Shown here one piece after another: positions 19,801 through 27,391 of a stretch of 64,000 nt of DNA. A program made the translations under genes and the position numbers. This DNA comes from Candidatus Latescibacterota bacterium. Its GTDB lineage: Bacteria; Latescibacterota; UBA2968. Under the pieces are notes generated by a model that was given only the letters and a program-made list of their open reading frames with translations, was not told the DNA's origin and searched no databases. The stretch is from contig OZ240241.1 of the NCBI GenBank assembly GCA_965198115.1, positions 3,392,001-3,456,000 on the forward strand, read 5' to 3'. How positions within the stretch are numbered: position 1 is the stretch's first letter; each line of letters opens with the position of its first letter.

Positions 19801-20094
19801 CTCACCTTCGACAGGACCGGGAACACGACGCTCGAAATTCCACGACAGATCGACGCCGTCCCCCCACCCGACCCCGATCCCAACACCGACCCGGACCCGA
19901 CAATTGATGAATCGGGCGGCCAGTTCCGGCGGAACGAAGCCAGCTGGCGAGCCCAGATCGGGGCACAGTATCGCTTCAGCAGCCACTTCACGGGAGGGAT
20001 GTCTTTCGGCCACCAGCGAAGACGCGACAAGCTGCGTGAGTTAACGAACCTCTCTTACGAGTTCCGGCTGTTCGGCGAGATCGAATTCAACTGA
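13846..20094 (+). CDS. sprA: SprA/Sov-like giant beta-barrel (type IX secretion translocon homologue), 2082 aa
   Basis: LRYTGDEDAII, GGLFGIKG, LKLLK, WDLAWKNVYSL, AYVDDFEG, SWAGIM, IDLGEVSE, DPAGDNF, LPDTEDLN, WRLIRIPL, GELWVDEL; amphipathic beta-strand C-terminus; start uncertain. Confidence 0.85.
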   Translation: MSFKRFCWRANQPGILLVALFTLWGSRTSAEIGLAAPDPLRMDRFAAKPPRNLAPKKTWPPQHDVTPSRFLDVGARLLEQESMRIMVFEEMGGVPHGLPLVMQLAEWNRLRHHHDATRFLTAQLGREIRRRAGDRGGLVDIKIPFRVPKGLSALTGEGETRLNITARQRMDLSGISQFTDGEAQSAATRNSKFPTIAFEQESQVNVNGEIGDKITVNLEQNSNRQLDLSESLRLRYTGDEDAIIHTVEAGNTNLNLPGTRLIGFNAGRGGLFGIKGEGTLGGFDLTVVTTQDKGSSNRKTFQGQAEEFSDEIRDFAYMENVYFFFDRVHRRAFPYEPPARDLIDINSVDVYVNDFNDLNDIEDRAFPGLALSVWSSNGTPDETTSRERPGGIEEGAFHQLERTTYQIDPRGYLVLTNTRVSGGAALAVAYRTTDGRNFGDVGYIQGANTPRVQLKLLKSKNQTSSSETWDLAWKNVYSLSGRNIEPEGFDLRILKEIPGQEDLDSEGGKPYIQLFQLDTHTNNSSASSPPDNRVDTDNGNNIPGLNLALGHLVFPFLEPFGDAGSDSAPIAEPVPELYTENNRTTRAEKSKYFMRFTSRSRATRFNLAAGVIEGSEVVRLNNRQLVRGTDYTIDYNFGSISFIGAAADQVSDPTANLKIDFDSKDPFGGFGQQKSLLGVRLEHALDDQFSFLGMTMLYSSQSTPGQRVRVGQEPARTFIWDANARLRYRPEILTDIVNWIPFVNSSQQSQMDIDLEVAQSIPNPNTKGIAYVDDFEGTQEELRFPIFKNSWTQASTPVRNGRALDSDIIRKGRLTWYTPITRDRISQLEIQPNRTDLTTEQAIIDILQLRFEAARTLGDGLPGFPDRIRDNTRGRPENSWAGIMSNLGGWDLSRSKFLEVWIRGSGGKLHIDLGEVSERIDLPLGGLSDQFRTEDEPIGGLLTGDGIATAAEDLGLDGLADQEEAVLFSQKWPGVPVPDDPAGDNFDDVNTDRGRNDPDRYPSGLNGTQGNSPERNSLPDTEDLNKNGFLDQENNFVRYSVDLATDRGFNAESGSYTDGVSVLVEGTRSDSSNTPWRLIRIPLRGQRSPRTIEGTPDTTFSSLIDFARVWIEHNASREEISIWEFKAVGNDWQEDDQPPTNISGDFEVSSIGTDNPIYVPPPNLELEQDPTTGLILTERSLAVNFEDLAVGETITASRTFVQGEDYTRYSKMRLFVHGGDNPDTFPAPQDSAGAGLTPLELILKFSPSKGDTLNVYEFHRSVYEGWESNTLEIDLELMTQLKGQLLDFRTARLESDSTTLSLSAGEILVAYSKERNQIRTLGPEPTYIVRGNPSLNRIKSFTLGLHNRSDSVTVGGVALVGRPLSGELWVDELTVDGIRKNKAISALASVRTVLADLGNLNLELERRSGDFQDLQGAASGNTTSRIVLNTDMNLDKLLPQQWQTSIPIRYSYNRTSSVPRIRRGSDIVLTSDQQANESDVNSQSRLNLTFRKRAAREDPRLLSLVLFDRVDASVNLVSSSTTNGAITRRRANKNDQLTGTFNYNLNLPQKKSIKLFKWVPVFKSVKESEFFYLPSTVRYGIRFNRNIRDQRDFSAVPGDTLNAPIETHTENFNLNESYDIKLLPFRSLTANYKLGIDRDLRGALKVSGLQFGHETGRTQTFTVGFTPKIFRWLTTNAQYNANYRDNLETGGQRIAIGNLRRGLTVNNQNQGSLRLGFNFATFFRGLARPKRNVFLRLIGRAGATVNNVNTSVARTKRLGLFGLRKRPSAAYQFGFADTTQVATFETGGLTRTNSKSVQDRADVGASIRLPAGFSVQSNANYNHNRTFNNASTEEKLTTLPDLNFSWRGVERLPILRWLWTSGNVNSSFQQSKTKRGEPAVLDGVFHALDTLTITNDIRATQLSPMVSLSTRWKNGMSTTVQTTRTKTTDLRFQRNIQKNDEGRFPTQAERTIGTTITRATNLRAQMRYSIKPSIFGTLESNIDLDLTFDRTGNTTLEIPRQIDAVPPPDPDPNTDPDPTIDESGGQFRRNEASWRAQIGAQYRFSSHFTGGMSFGHQRRRDKLRELTNLSYEFRLFGEIEFN

Positions 20095-20106
20095 TCTGGA
20101 GCGCCC

Positions 20107-20505
20107 GTGACCTTCAACCGAAACGAGCAGATGGCCCTGATCGTTCTCTGTGGAGCCCTGCTCCTCGGCTCGGCCATCAGCTTGTACGACTACCTCTGGC
20201 CCGACGACATCGAAGACTTCCACGTCCACAAGGCCGCGATCCCGGTTCCCGCAGCCGCCGAGCCCACACTCGACGACACGGACCCGGCAGGTCGCGCCCA
20301 CGCCATCCTCATCGACATCAATACCGCCTCGCTCACGGACCTCCAGACCTTGCCCCGCATCGGGCCCCGGACTGCCGAGCGCATCGTCGACCACCGTACG
20401 GCCAACGGTCCCTTTCTCGCCATCGACGATCTCACAGCCGTCCGTGGGATCGGACCCAAGCGCCTGGCCGAACTCAAACCTCTCATCACCGCCTCTCCCC
20501 CCTGA
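20107..20505 (+). CDS. comEA: ComEA-like helix-hairpin-helix DNA receptor with N-terminal TM
   Basis: IDINTAS…LQTLPRIGPRTAERIVDHR…GPF…DDLTAVRGIGPK. Confidence 0.85.
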   Translation: MTFNRNEQMALIVLCGALLLGSAISLYDYLWPDDIEDFHVHKAAIPVPAAAEPTLDDTDPAGRAHAILIDINTASLTDLQTLPRIGPRTAERIVDHRTANGPFLAIDDLTAVRGIGPKRLAELKPLITASPP

Positions 20506-21341
20506 TGTCCGACTTGGGCCTCCACCTTGGCGAGAGGGACATCGTCTCCGCCACACTCGACGACGACCATATCGACACCCACGACCGCGCCGAATGGCAC
20601 GGACCCGGGCAGGATATGAGGGCATTCGTCGACCGCATCGTGGAAGCCGTCGGCAACCTGGATTCAGGCCACCTCGATGGGGTCTGGATCGTTCTACCAC
20701 CTGGCTACATCCATCTGAGGAGAGTACCGCTCGAAATCGCCGGCGATCGAGACCGTCAGCGGCATCTGGCTTGGGAAGCGGCCCAGACCCTGAGCCATCC
20801 CACCGATGATCTCGTCCTGCGCCACTGGGCGAGCGGTAGTTCGGCAATATGGGAAGCTGTCAGAGCCGACCTCGTCGATCGTCTTGCCCAGCAACTCGAG
20901 GATGCAGGACACCGACTAGGAGGGGTCTGTGCCGAGCCCGTTGCCCTGTATCACGCCCTTCTCGATGGATCGGACACCTGGCGGGCAGGAGTGGCCCTCT
21001 CCAAAGACTGGATATCCGTGGCGGCCGGGACGGACAACGCCCTGGTGTTGGCCGAGTCGATCAGGATCGACGCGCCGAGCAGGCAAAGCCTGGAGGATCT
21101 GGCCGACCTCGTGGCCAGCCGTATCCGGGGGCGTGCCGAACGCTACGCGTCCTTCGCCGTGGCCGGTCAGGACGAGACCCAGCTCGAACCCTTTGCACAG
21201 CACCTCGGAACTGCGGCCGGCATGAAAACCCCTCTGCTCGGGGCAGCCGCCCCGTCCGATTCGGTCGGTGGTGAACCGGTCACGCGGATCGCTCTGGCTG
21301 CTGGGGCAACCCGCTCTTCCCGAACAGGAATCCCATCATGA
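20505..21341 (+). CDS. Hypothetical protein, weakly PilM-like (actin fold)
   Basis: LGLHLG N-terminus, IVLPPGYIHLRRVPL, WEAAQTL, AVRADLVDRLAQQLEDAG…AEPVALY follow the PilM pattern; translationally coupled on both sides. Confidence 0.45.
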   Translation: MSDLGLHLGERDIVSATLDDDHIDTHDRAEWHGPGQDMRAFVDRIVEAVGNLDSGHLDGVWIVLPPGYIHLRRVPLEIAGDRDRQRHLAWEAAQTLSHPTDDLVLRHWASGSSAIWEAVRADLVDRLAQQLEDAGHRLGGVCAEPVALYHALLDGSDTWRAGVALSKDWISVAAGTDNALVLAESIRIDAPSRQSLEDLADLVASRIRGRAERYASFAVAGQDETQLEPFAQHLGTAAGMKTPLLGAAAPSDSVGGEPVTRIALAAGATRSSRTGIPS

Positions 21342-21817
21342 TCACAGCGCTGTATCCTGGTTCGTTCGATCCAGTCACCTATGGCCACGTCGACCTCATC
21401 ACCCGGGCCCTCACCATCTTCGACAGGATCGTCGTCGCCGTGGGTGAGAACCCCGCAAAACGTCCGCTCTTTAAGGCAGCAGAACGGGTCGACCTGATCC
21501 GCCTCGCCACCCGGGAGGACTGCATCGAAGTCGACCACTACACCGGCCTGACGGTTCACTATGCGAGGGAGCGGCAGATCCATACCATCATCCGCTGTCT
21601 CCGAACGACAGGCGAATACGAAACCGAGCTCGGGTGGGCTTCGGCCAACCGACGACTGCTGCCCGAGCTCGAGGCCGTCTACTTTCTTCCCAGCCCCGAA
21701 TACGCTCACCTGAGTTCCACCGTCGTACGCGAAATCGCACAGTTCGGAGGCGATCTGTCCCCGTTCGTGCCGTCGCACGTCGAATCGGCCCTGAAAGCGA
21801 AGTTCCCCTCCGCCTGA
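21338..21817 (+). CDS. coaD: Pantetheine-phosphate adenylyltransferase
   Basis: ALYPGSFDPVTYGHVDLI, NPAKRPLF, LSSTVVREIA. Confidence 0.93.
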   Translation: MITALYPGSFDPVTYGHVDLITRALTIFDRIVVAVGENPAKRPLFKAAERVDLIRLATREDCIEVDHYTGLTVHYARERQIHTIIRCLRTTGEYETELGWASANRRLLPELEAVYFLPSPEYAHLSSTVVREIAQFGGDLSPFVPSHVESALKAKFPSA

Positions 21818-21886
21818 TTTCCGCCTCTTTCGTCCCCTTGGCAGGTCGGAACCGGACTGGCTATACTTGAGTCTGGGAGATCACTC

Positions 21887-22882
21887 GTGTTCGTCGACGA
21901 AACCACAATTCACGCACGCTCGGGGTCGGGCGGGAACGGATGCAGCAGCTTCCGCCGGGAAAAGTTTGTGCCCAGGGGTGGGCCCGACGGCGGCGACGGC
22001 GGCGGCGGCGGCGATGTTGTCTGTCAGGTCGACACCCACCTGTCGACGCTTCTCGACCAGCGCTACCAGCAGCACGCCAGGGCCGAGCGAGGCGGTCACG
22101 GAATGGGCAAGAACCGAACCGGCACCCGTGGCGACGACTACATCATCCGAGTGCCCCCCGGCACCGTCGTCCGCGACGCCGAATCCGGGCAGATTCTCGC
22201 CGACCTGACCGATCCCGACGAGCAGGAGATCATCCTCCAGGGTGGCCGGGGCGGTCGCGGCAACGCCCGATTCGCGAGTCCCACGAACCGGGCTCCCGAG
22301 CGGTCCGACGACGGATCGCCCGGCGAGGAAAGGGTGATCGAACTCGAGCTCAAGCTGATCGCCGACGTCGGACTCGTTGGGCACCCCAACGCGGGCAAGT
22401 CTACTCTCCTGTCGCGTCTGTCGGCCGCCCACCCAAAAATCGCAGACTACCCGTTCACGACCCTTCAGCCCAACCTGGGCATCGTTGCGTGTGGCCACTA
22501 CGACAGCTTCGTACTGGCCGACATCCCCGGGTTGATCGAAGGGGCTCACCAGGGCAAGGGACTCGGATTTCAGTTCCTCCGTCACATCGAGCGCACTCGC
22601 GTGCTTCTCTACGTCGTCGACATTTCCGCAGCCGACCCGCTCCGAGACCTCACCATCCTTCGTAAGGAACTCGAGCACTTCAGCCCGGCCCTGCTGCGAA
22701 AGCGGGCGTTGCTCGCGGCCACGAAGGTCGACACGTGTCCCCCCGACGAACGACAGGGCGTCCTGATCGGCAACGAGCCGGCCCTGCCGATCTCTTCGGT
22801 CACGGGCAAAGGACTGCCCGACCTTCTGGTTGACCTTGGCAATCTCGTGCGTCAATCCCGGCTCGACGAGCAGAACACGTGA
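21887..22882 (+). CDS. obgE: GTPase ObgE/CgtA
   Basis: SFRREKFVPRGGPDGGDGG, GHPNAGKSTL, DYPFTT, DIPGLIEGA. Confidence 0.96.
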   Translation: MFVDETTIHARSGSGGNGCSSFRREKFVPRGGPDGGDGGGGGDVVCQVDTHLSTLLDQRYQQHARAERGGHGMGKNRTGTRGDDYIIRVPPGTVVRDAESGQILADLTDPDEQEIILQGGRGGRGNARFASPTNRAPERSDDGSPGEERVIELELKLIADVGLVGHPNAGKSTLLSRLSAAHPKIADYPFTTLQPNLGIVACGHYDSFVLADIPGLIEGAHQGKGLGFQFLRHIERTRVLLYVVDISAADPLRDLTILRKELEHFSPALLRKRALLAATKVDTCPPDERQGVLIGNEPALPISSVTGKGLPDLLVDLGNLVRQSRLDEQNT

Positions 22883-23967
22883 GCACGGTCGACGACGATC
22901 GCCTGAGCGCCCTCGCGCTGCTCTCGGCGCCCGGTCTCGGGCCAACGGGTTACCGTGCCCTCCTTTCTCACTTCGGCAGCGCCGGACTGGCGCTGTGTGC
23001 ATCCTTCGACGACCTGTGCCGTGTCGGTGGCATCGGACTCGAGGTAGCCCGAGCCATTCGCGAAACCGATCGTGGGCAACCGAGCAGTTGGCAGCGTGCA
23101 ACGACCGCGGCGCCAGCATCCTCTGTTTGAACGACCCCGATTATCCCGACCTTCTCCGTCAAACCTACGCTCCACCCCCCATCCTGTTCCTGCTCGGAAA
23201 TCAGAAGCTGCTGACCTGCCCGGCTGTCGCCGTCGTCGGCTCGAGGACGAACTCGCCCTACGGAAAGGACGCGGCACGACAGCTCGCCGCCTCTCTCGTG
23301 CGCGCCGGCGTCGTCGTCGTTAGTGGCATGGCGCTGGGCATCGACGGCCACGCACATCGGGGGGCTCTCGATGCCGAAGGCGGAACGATCGCCGTTCTGG
23401 ACAGTGGCCTCGATCGACCCACACCGCCGAGTCACCTCCCACTTTTCAAAACGATCTCCAAGCGGGGTGCCGTCGTTTCGGAATTTCCCATCGGGACGCC
23501 CGCCGACCCGGGTCACTTCCCGCGTCGGAATCGCATCATCAGTGGCTTGAGTCTCGGAGTCGTCGTCGTCGAGGCCGGGCGCAAAAGTGGGTCCCTCATT
23601 ACCGCGCGTCTTGCCGTGGAGCAGGACCGCGACGTGTTCGCCGTACCGGGCCCTCTGGGCGCCAGCCAAAGTGAGGGGCCCCACGCGCTCATTCGCGATG
23701 GTGCGACGCTGATTCGTCACGCCGGGGACGTCCTCGAGCAACTCGGACTACAGACGTCGAAGGGACGCGTTCCAAAGACGGAGGGTCGGCCCCTGCAGCC
23801 GGACGAAGTGAAAATCATCGACAACCTGTACCGCCCCCATCCACGTCGACGACCTTGCGAACCAGGCAGGTTTGGCACTCCCGCACCTCTCTGCCCTTTT
23901 GCTCGGCCTCGAACTCGAAAACCAAGTCGCCCAACACCCCGGCCAGCGCTACACTCTCGTCGCATAA
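22879..23967 (+). pseudogene. dprA: DNA-processing protein DprA with two frameshifts (about 23072 and 23829); artefact or true pseudogene
   Basis: N-terminal APGLGP; core AVVGSR, VVSGMALGIDG, FPRRNRIISGLS, EAGRKSGSLITA, VFAVPG; C-terminal PIHVDDLANQAGL…LLGLELEN…PGQRY* lies in a different frame from the core. Confidence 0.85.
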
Positions 23968-23996
23968 AAAAACCGGCGGTCGTTTGACCGCCGGTT
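23966..23996 (-). terminator. Intrinsic terminator (perfect 11-bp stem)
   Basis: A-run then AACCGGCGGTC-GTTT-GACCGCCGGTT between convergent genes. Confidence 0.75.
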
Positions 23997-24018
23997 CAGG
24001 CAGACGCTGTCGATCTCT

Positions 24019-25007
24019 TCAAGCCGTCGGGGGTGTTTCGGTCTCGACTTCGGTCGTCTCCGGCTTTTCCAGCGCGGAATCGATGGCCGCCCGAACATCC
24101 GACAGCCTGAACGGCTTTTCGAGAATCCGGGTCGCTCTGGGATGGTTCAGTGCCGCTGCGAATTCGGGTCGGTCGAGATAGGCCGAGATGACGATCGCGG
24201 GCAGTCCTTCCGGCAGTCGATCCAGGAAAGCAATGCCGTCGATGTGCGGCATGTTGAGGTCCGTCATCACGACGTCGTAGTGTCTTTCCTCTTTCATCAG
24301 CTTGTGCAGAGCATCGAGGCCGTCGGGCGAACCCTCCAGCGCGTAAACTTCGTCCAGCGCTTCCGTCAAAAGTGTGCGTAGCTCGCCATTGTCGTCTACG
24401 ATCAGAACACGCGGTCTCGCGTCATCTTCCGCTCCGGTCTCCTCCACGGTCCCTCCGGCCGGAGCCGACGTAACGGTGCCCGTCGCTGCGGGAGCTCCCG
24501 CTGGCTGGGCAGCCGACACTTCGCCATCGCTGTCGTCGGATTCCGCCGACCCGGCGTCCTCATCTGCCTCCCCAGCCGACTCACCGTCATCCTGATCCAG
24601 ATCCGCTCCAGCCTCCGTGTCCGCTTCCATCGTGCTTCCGTTCTCAGCCTCGGCTTCGGCCGGCGCTGAGGAGGCAAAACCGCCCCCGTCGCCGAACCTG
24701 TGTGCTTTCGGTAGCCGAACACCTCCTCGTCCGTGGGTTCGTCCACGGGCGTGGCCCCGAACTTTTGAACGGCCACGAGCAACCGATCTTTCTCCTCCTC
24801 GATCTGTCGGAGCTGTTCCTCCGCGTCCTTCTTTTCACGCGCGAGCTGTCGCTCCGTCGCCCCGAGGGCCGATAACTTGGAACTCAACTCCCGATCATCG
24901 GTCTTCGCACGCTTCAGGTCCGTCTCCTCCTTGTTCAGGGCCATCGCCGTGAAGGCTTTGACGGCGATGACGATGCCCATGGCCCCGAGGAGAATGGCGT
25001 ATTCCAT
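24019..25007 (-). CDS. TM + coiled coil + acidic linker + receiver (REC) domain protein; probably one gene split by a frameshift near 24700
   Basis: N-part MEYAILLGAMGIVIAV plus heptad-rich coiled coil; C-part VLIVDD, DLNMPHIDG, ISAY, LEKPF; the REC frame stays open upstream of its ATG. Confidence 0.6.
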
Positions 25008-25341
25008 CAGGCTTCTTCCCCCGAGCGTACGGCTTCGATGTGCTGTTCCACCTCACCTTGGGGCTTGCTCGACAGTGACTGCAGACGCTCGTACTGAGCC
25101 TTGAGCCGGTCGATCCATCGTTGTGTTCTGATCGTCTTGCGTTCGATCACGGGACGGGCGTCTTTCAGGGCTTCGACATCGAGCTCCAGATCCTCCAGCC
25201 GTTGCTTCTTCTGGTCGATCGTTTCGGTCAGGGAGGCGACACGGCCCTCAACGGTGAAACACGCTCGTAGTAACCCACGACGCAGTAGACGGAGAACAAC
25301 AAACTTCCCAGGATCACGACACCGAGCAGCGCGAACGTCAA
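25007..25341 (-). CDS. Small TM + coiled-coil protein absent from the ORF track (frameshift near 25256)
   Basis: AGGAGGT RBS, TTG start, MTFALLGVVILGSLLFSVYCVVGYYERV / TVEGRVASLTETIDQKKQRLEDLELDVEALK…EEA*; TGATG overlap with the next gene. Confidence 0.6.
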
Positions 25342-25399
25342 GAAGACCTCCTAAAACGAACGACCTGAATCTGGCTAAACATCGCGTAAGTATGGAATA

Positions 25400-25428
25400 A
25401 TTTTACAGATAGATCCCGGATTCGTCAA
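25400..25428 (-). promoter_or_regulatory. Sigma70-type promoter for the coiled-coil/REC pair
   Basis: TTGACG-17-TAAAAT. Confidence 0.6.
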
Positions 25429-25507
25429 TCGATCGTCGCCGAACAACGAAAAGGCCACGCTCCGACAGTGCCGGGCGTGGCCTCGATTCAACTCTCCTGA
25501 AAGGTCG

Positions 25508-26143
25508 TTAGAATCGACGCATGAGACTAACGACTTTGCCAGCGATGCGGAACGCCTGGAACTGGGGGTCAACAACGATCGGCTCGAAAGCCTCGTTTTC
25601 TGCTTCTAGACGTAGCGTGTCGCCATCTACGAAGTAGCGTTTGACGGTGGCTTCGTCGTCCACCACGGCTACGATAATCTCGCCCTGGTTGGCCGTGGAT
25701 TGGTGGCGCGCGAGAACGTAGTCGCCGTCGAGGATTCCCACATTCTTCATGCTATCGCCGTGGACCTGAAGGGCGAATACGTCCCCAGACGGCACGAAGC
25801 TCGGGTCGATTGCGAGTGTCTCCTCGACGTGCTCGATGGCCAGAATGGGCTCGCCCGCAGCCACGCGGCCGATCAGCGGCACCTCTCGAGCGTTCACGCT
25901 TGGCTGCACAACCGATTGGGGTGCAATCGGTTCTGTAAGCTCGATGCCCCGGGAAAGCATGGGCCGGCGGCGGATATAGCCCTTTTTTTCTAACGCCGCG
26001 AGCGTTGTTCGGACACCATTCGTGGACGCGATCCCGAACGCCTCCATCATTTCTCGAATCGTGGGCGGATACCCGTTTTGCTGAATGCCCCGTACGATGA
26101 ATTCGTAGATTTCGCGCTGTCGGTCGGTCAGTTCGCGCTTCAT
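25508..26143 (-). CDS. lexA: SOS repressor LexA
   Basis: LTDRQREI, GYPPTIREM, GRVAAGEPI cleavage site, GDSM catalytic Ser, ATVKR catalytic Lys. Confidence 0.95.
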   Translation of the reverse strand: MKRELTDRQREIYEFIVRGIQQNGYPPTIREMMEAFGIASTNGVRTTLAALEKKGYIRRRPMLSRGIELTEPIAPQSVVQPSVNAREVPLIGRVAAGEPILAIEHVEETLAIDPSFVPSGDVFALQVHGDSMKNVGILDGDYVLARHQSTANQGEIIVAVVDDEATVKRYFVDGDTLRLEAENEAFEPIVVDPQFQAFRIAGKVVSLMRRF

Positions 26144-26165
26144 GCGTGCCCCTTTGGCGCGGGTT

Positions 26166-26220
26166 TGAACACCTGAATACCTGCACATCCGAATATAGTG
26201 CACATTAGTTCACACGTCAA
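26166..26220 (-). promoter_or_regulatory. lexA promoter with three tandem 14-bp candidate LexA operators
   Basis: TTGACG-17-TATATT; boxes on + strand TGAACACCTGAATA (26166-79), TGCACATCCGAATA (26182-95), TGCACATTAGTTCA (26199-212). Confidence 0.65.
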
Positions 26221-26237
26221 CGGGGAAGTCGGTCTTC

Positions 26238-26266
26238 TTGACAGGAAATGGGCCCGCCGGTATCTT
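26238..26266 (+). promoter_or_regulatory. Divergent sigma70-type promoter
   Basis: TTGACA-17-TATCTT. Confidence 0.6.
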
Positions 26267-26302
26267 CCCAAAACCTTGAAATTCAGTCACTAACGTCCAT
26301 TC

Positions 26303-27268
26303 ATGAAGCGATTGCGCTACAACACGTGGCAGGACCTGGCCTGGTATGGGATCACGCTGAGCGTCCCCGACGAATGGAACCCGGGCCAGCTGGTGGGCGA
26401 TCCCCGGTCGGGGAACGTCCGGCTCGACGACGCCCAGATCGTACGTGTCGAGGTCGAATGGAAAGAGGCCGGAGGAAACCCCGAAGTGGCCAGAATCGTC
26501 GACCGATACGTCGAGGGCCTGGCCAAGAACGCCCAGAAGCAGAAGCAGGCCCTCAGCGTCGAGCGCCGCGTCCCGATCGATGGGCTTGGCCACTCGGCGC
26601 TCTCCGGTGCGGAATGCTTCCGATGGAAGGGCACATTCGAAGTCACCACGCTCGCGGGCTACAGCGAAATCACCGACCGGCTGCTTTTCATCCGCGTGAT
26701 GAACCGCCCCGACGAAGACGCCAACGAGCTCCTCGCCGACCTGTTCAATTCTGTGGGCGACACCGGGCCAGACGACTGGCAGCCCTGGGGGCTTTACGGC
26801 CTGACGTGTCGAACACCACCGGATTACCCCCTCGAGGAATACGATCTCAAGTCGGGTCACATCCGGCTGCTGTTCAAGAAGGACAAAGCACTCCTCCGGA
26901 TCGACCGGCTGAGCCTCGCGCGAACGCTCCTGTCGGGCAGCACCCTCGCTGACTGGTATCGGGACTTCTTCGCCAAGGACCTCCGCTTCATCGACACGGA
27001 CATCCACGATCAGAACGATGGAACGATCACGATCGACGGAGCTCCGAAAGGGCGTGTCCAGAGTCTGCTCCAGCCCCTCCCCTTCTGGAACACACGCCCG
27101 AGGCTCTTCCTCGACGGCCGTGCGTGGGTCTCCGACGAGGAAAACAAGATCTTCGCCCTCCAATCCTTCTACGCCCGCGAGGAAGATGCCCCGAACCTCG
27201 ACCGGATCCAGGCCACGATGTCCGAACCAACCGCGGCCGAGCCCCTAGGATCGAACGAGCGTGCTTAA
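26303..27268 (+). CDS. Hypothetical cytoplasmic protein with a two-fold internal repeat (possibly PsbP/DcrB-like fold)
   Basis: WQDLAWYGITLSVPDEW…SGNVRL versus WQPWGLYGLTCRTPPDY…SGHIRL. Confidence 0.6.
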   Translation: MKRLRYNTWQDLAWYGITLSVPDEWNPGQLVGDPRSGNVRLDDAQIVRVEVEWKEAGGNPEVARIVDRYVEGLAKNAQKQKQALSVERRVPIDGLGHSALSGAECFRWKGTFEVTTLAGYSEITDRLLFIRVMNRPDEDANELLADLFNSVGDTGPDDWQPWGLYGLTCRTPPDYPLEEYDLKSGHIRLLFKKDKALLRIDRLSLARTLLSGSTLADWYRDFFAKDLRFIDTDIHDQNDGTITIDGAPKGRVQSLLQPLPFWNTRPRLFLDGRAWVSDEENKIFALQSFYAREEDAPNLDRIQATMSEPTAAEPLGSNERA

Positions 27269-27391
27269 CACAACTCAGTATACGGCTCCGTGGTTTTGTC
27301 CGACTCACCGGACGTTCCCTTCGGCCCAGGTTCGTTCCGGACACACAGATTCGGCGCCCGCACCCACCCGAGACATCGCGGAAATGACGTC

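Noticed and set aside
27269-27391. RiPP precursor or structured RNA between the repeat protein and PqqD
   Set aside because: No convincing small ORF with an RBS, and only weak pairing potential.
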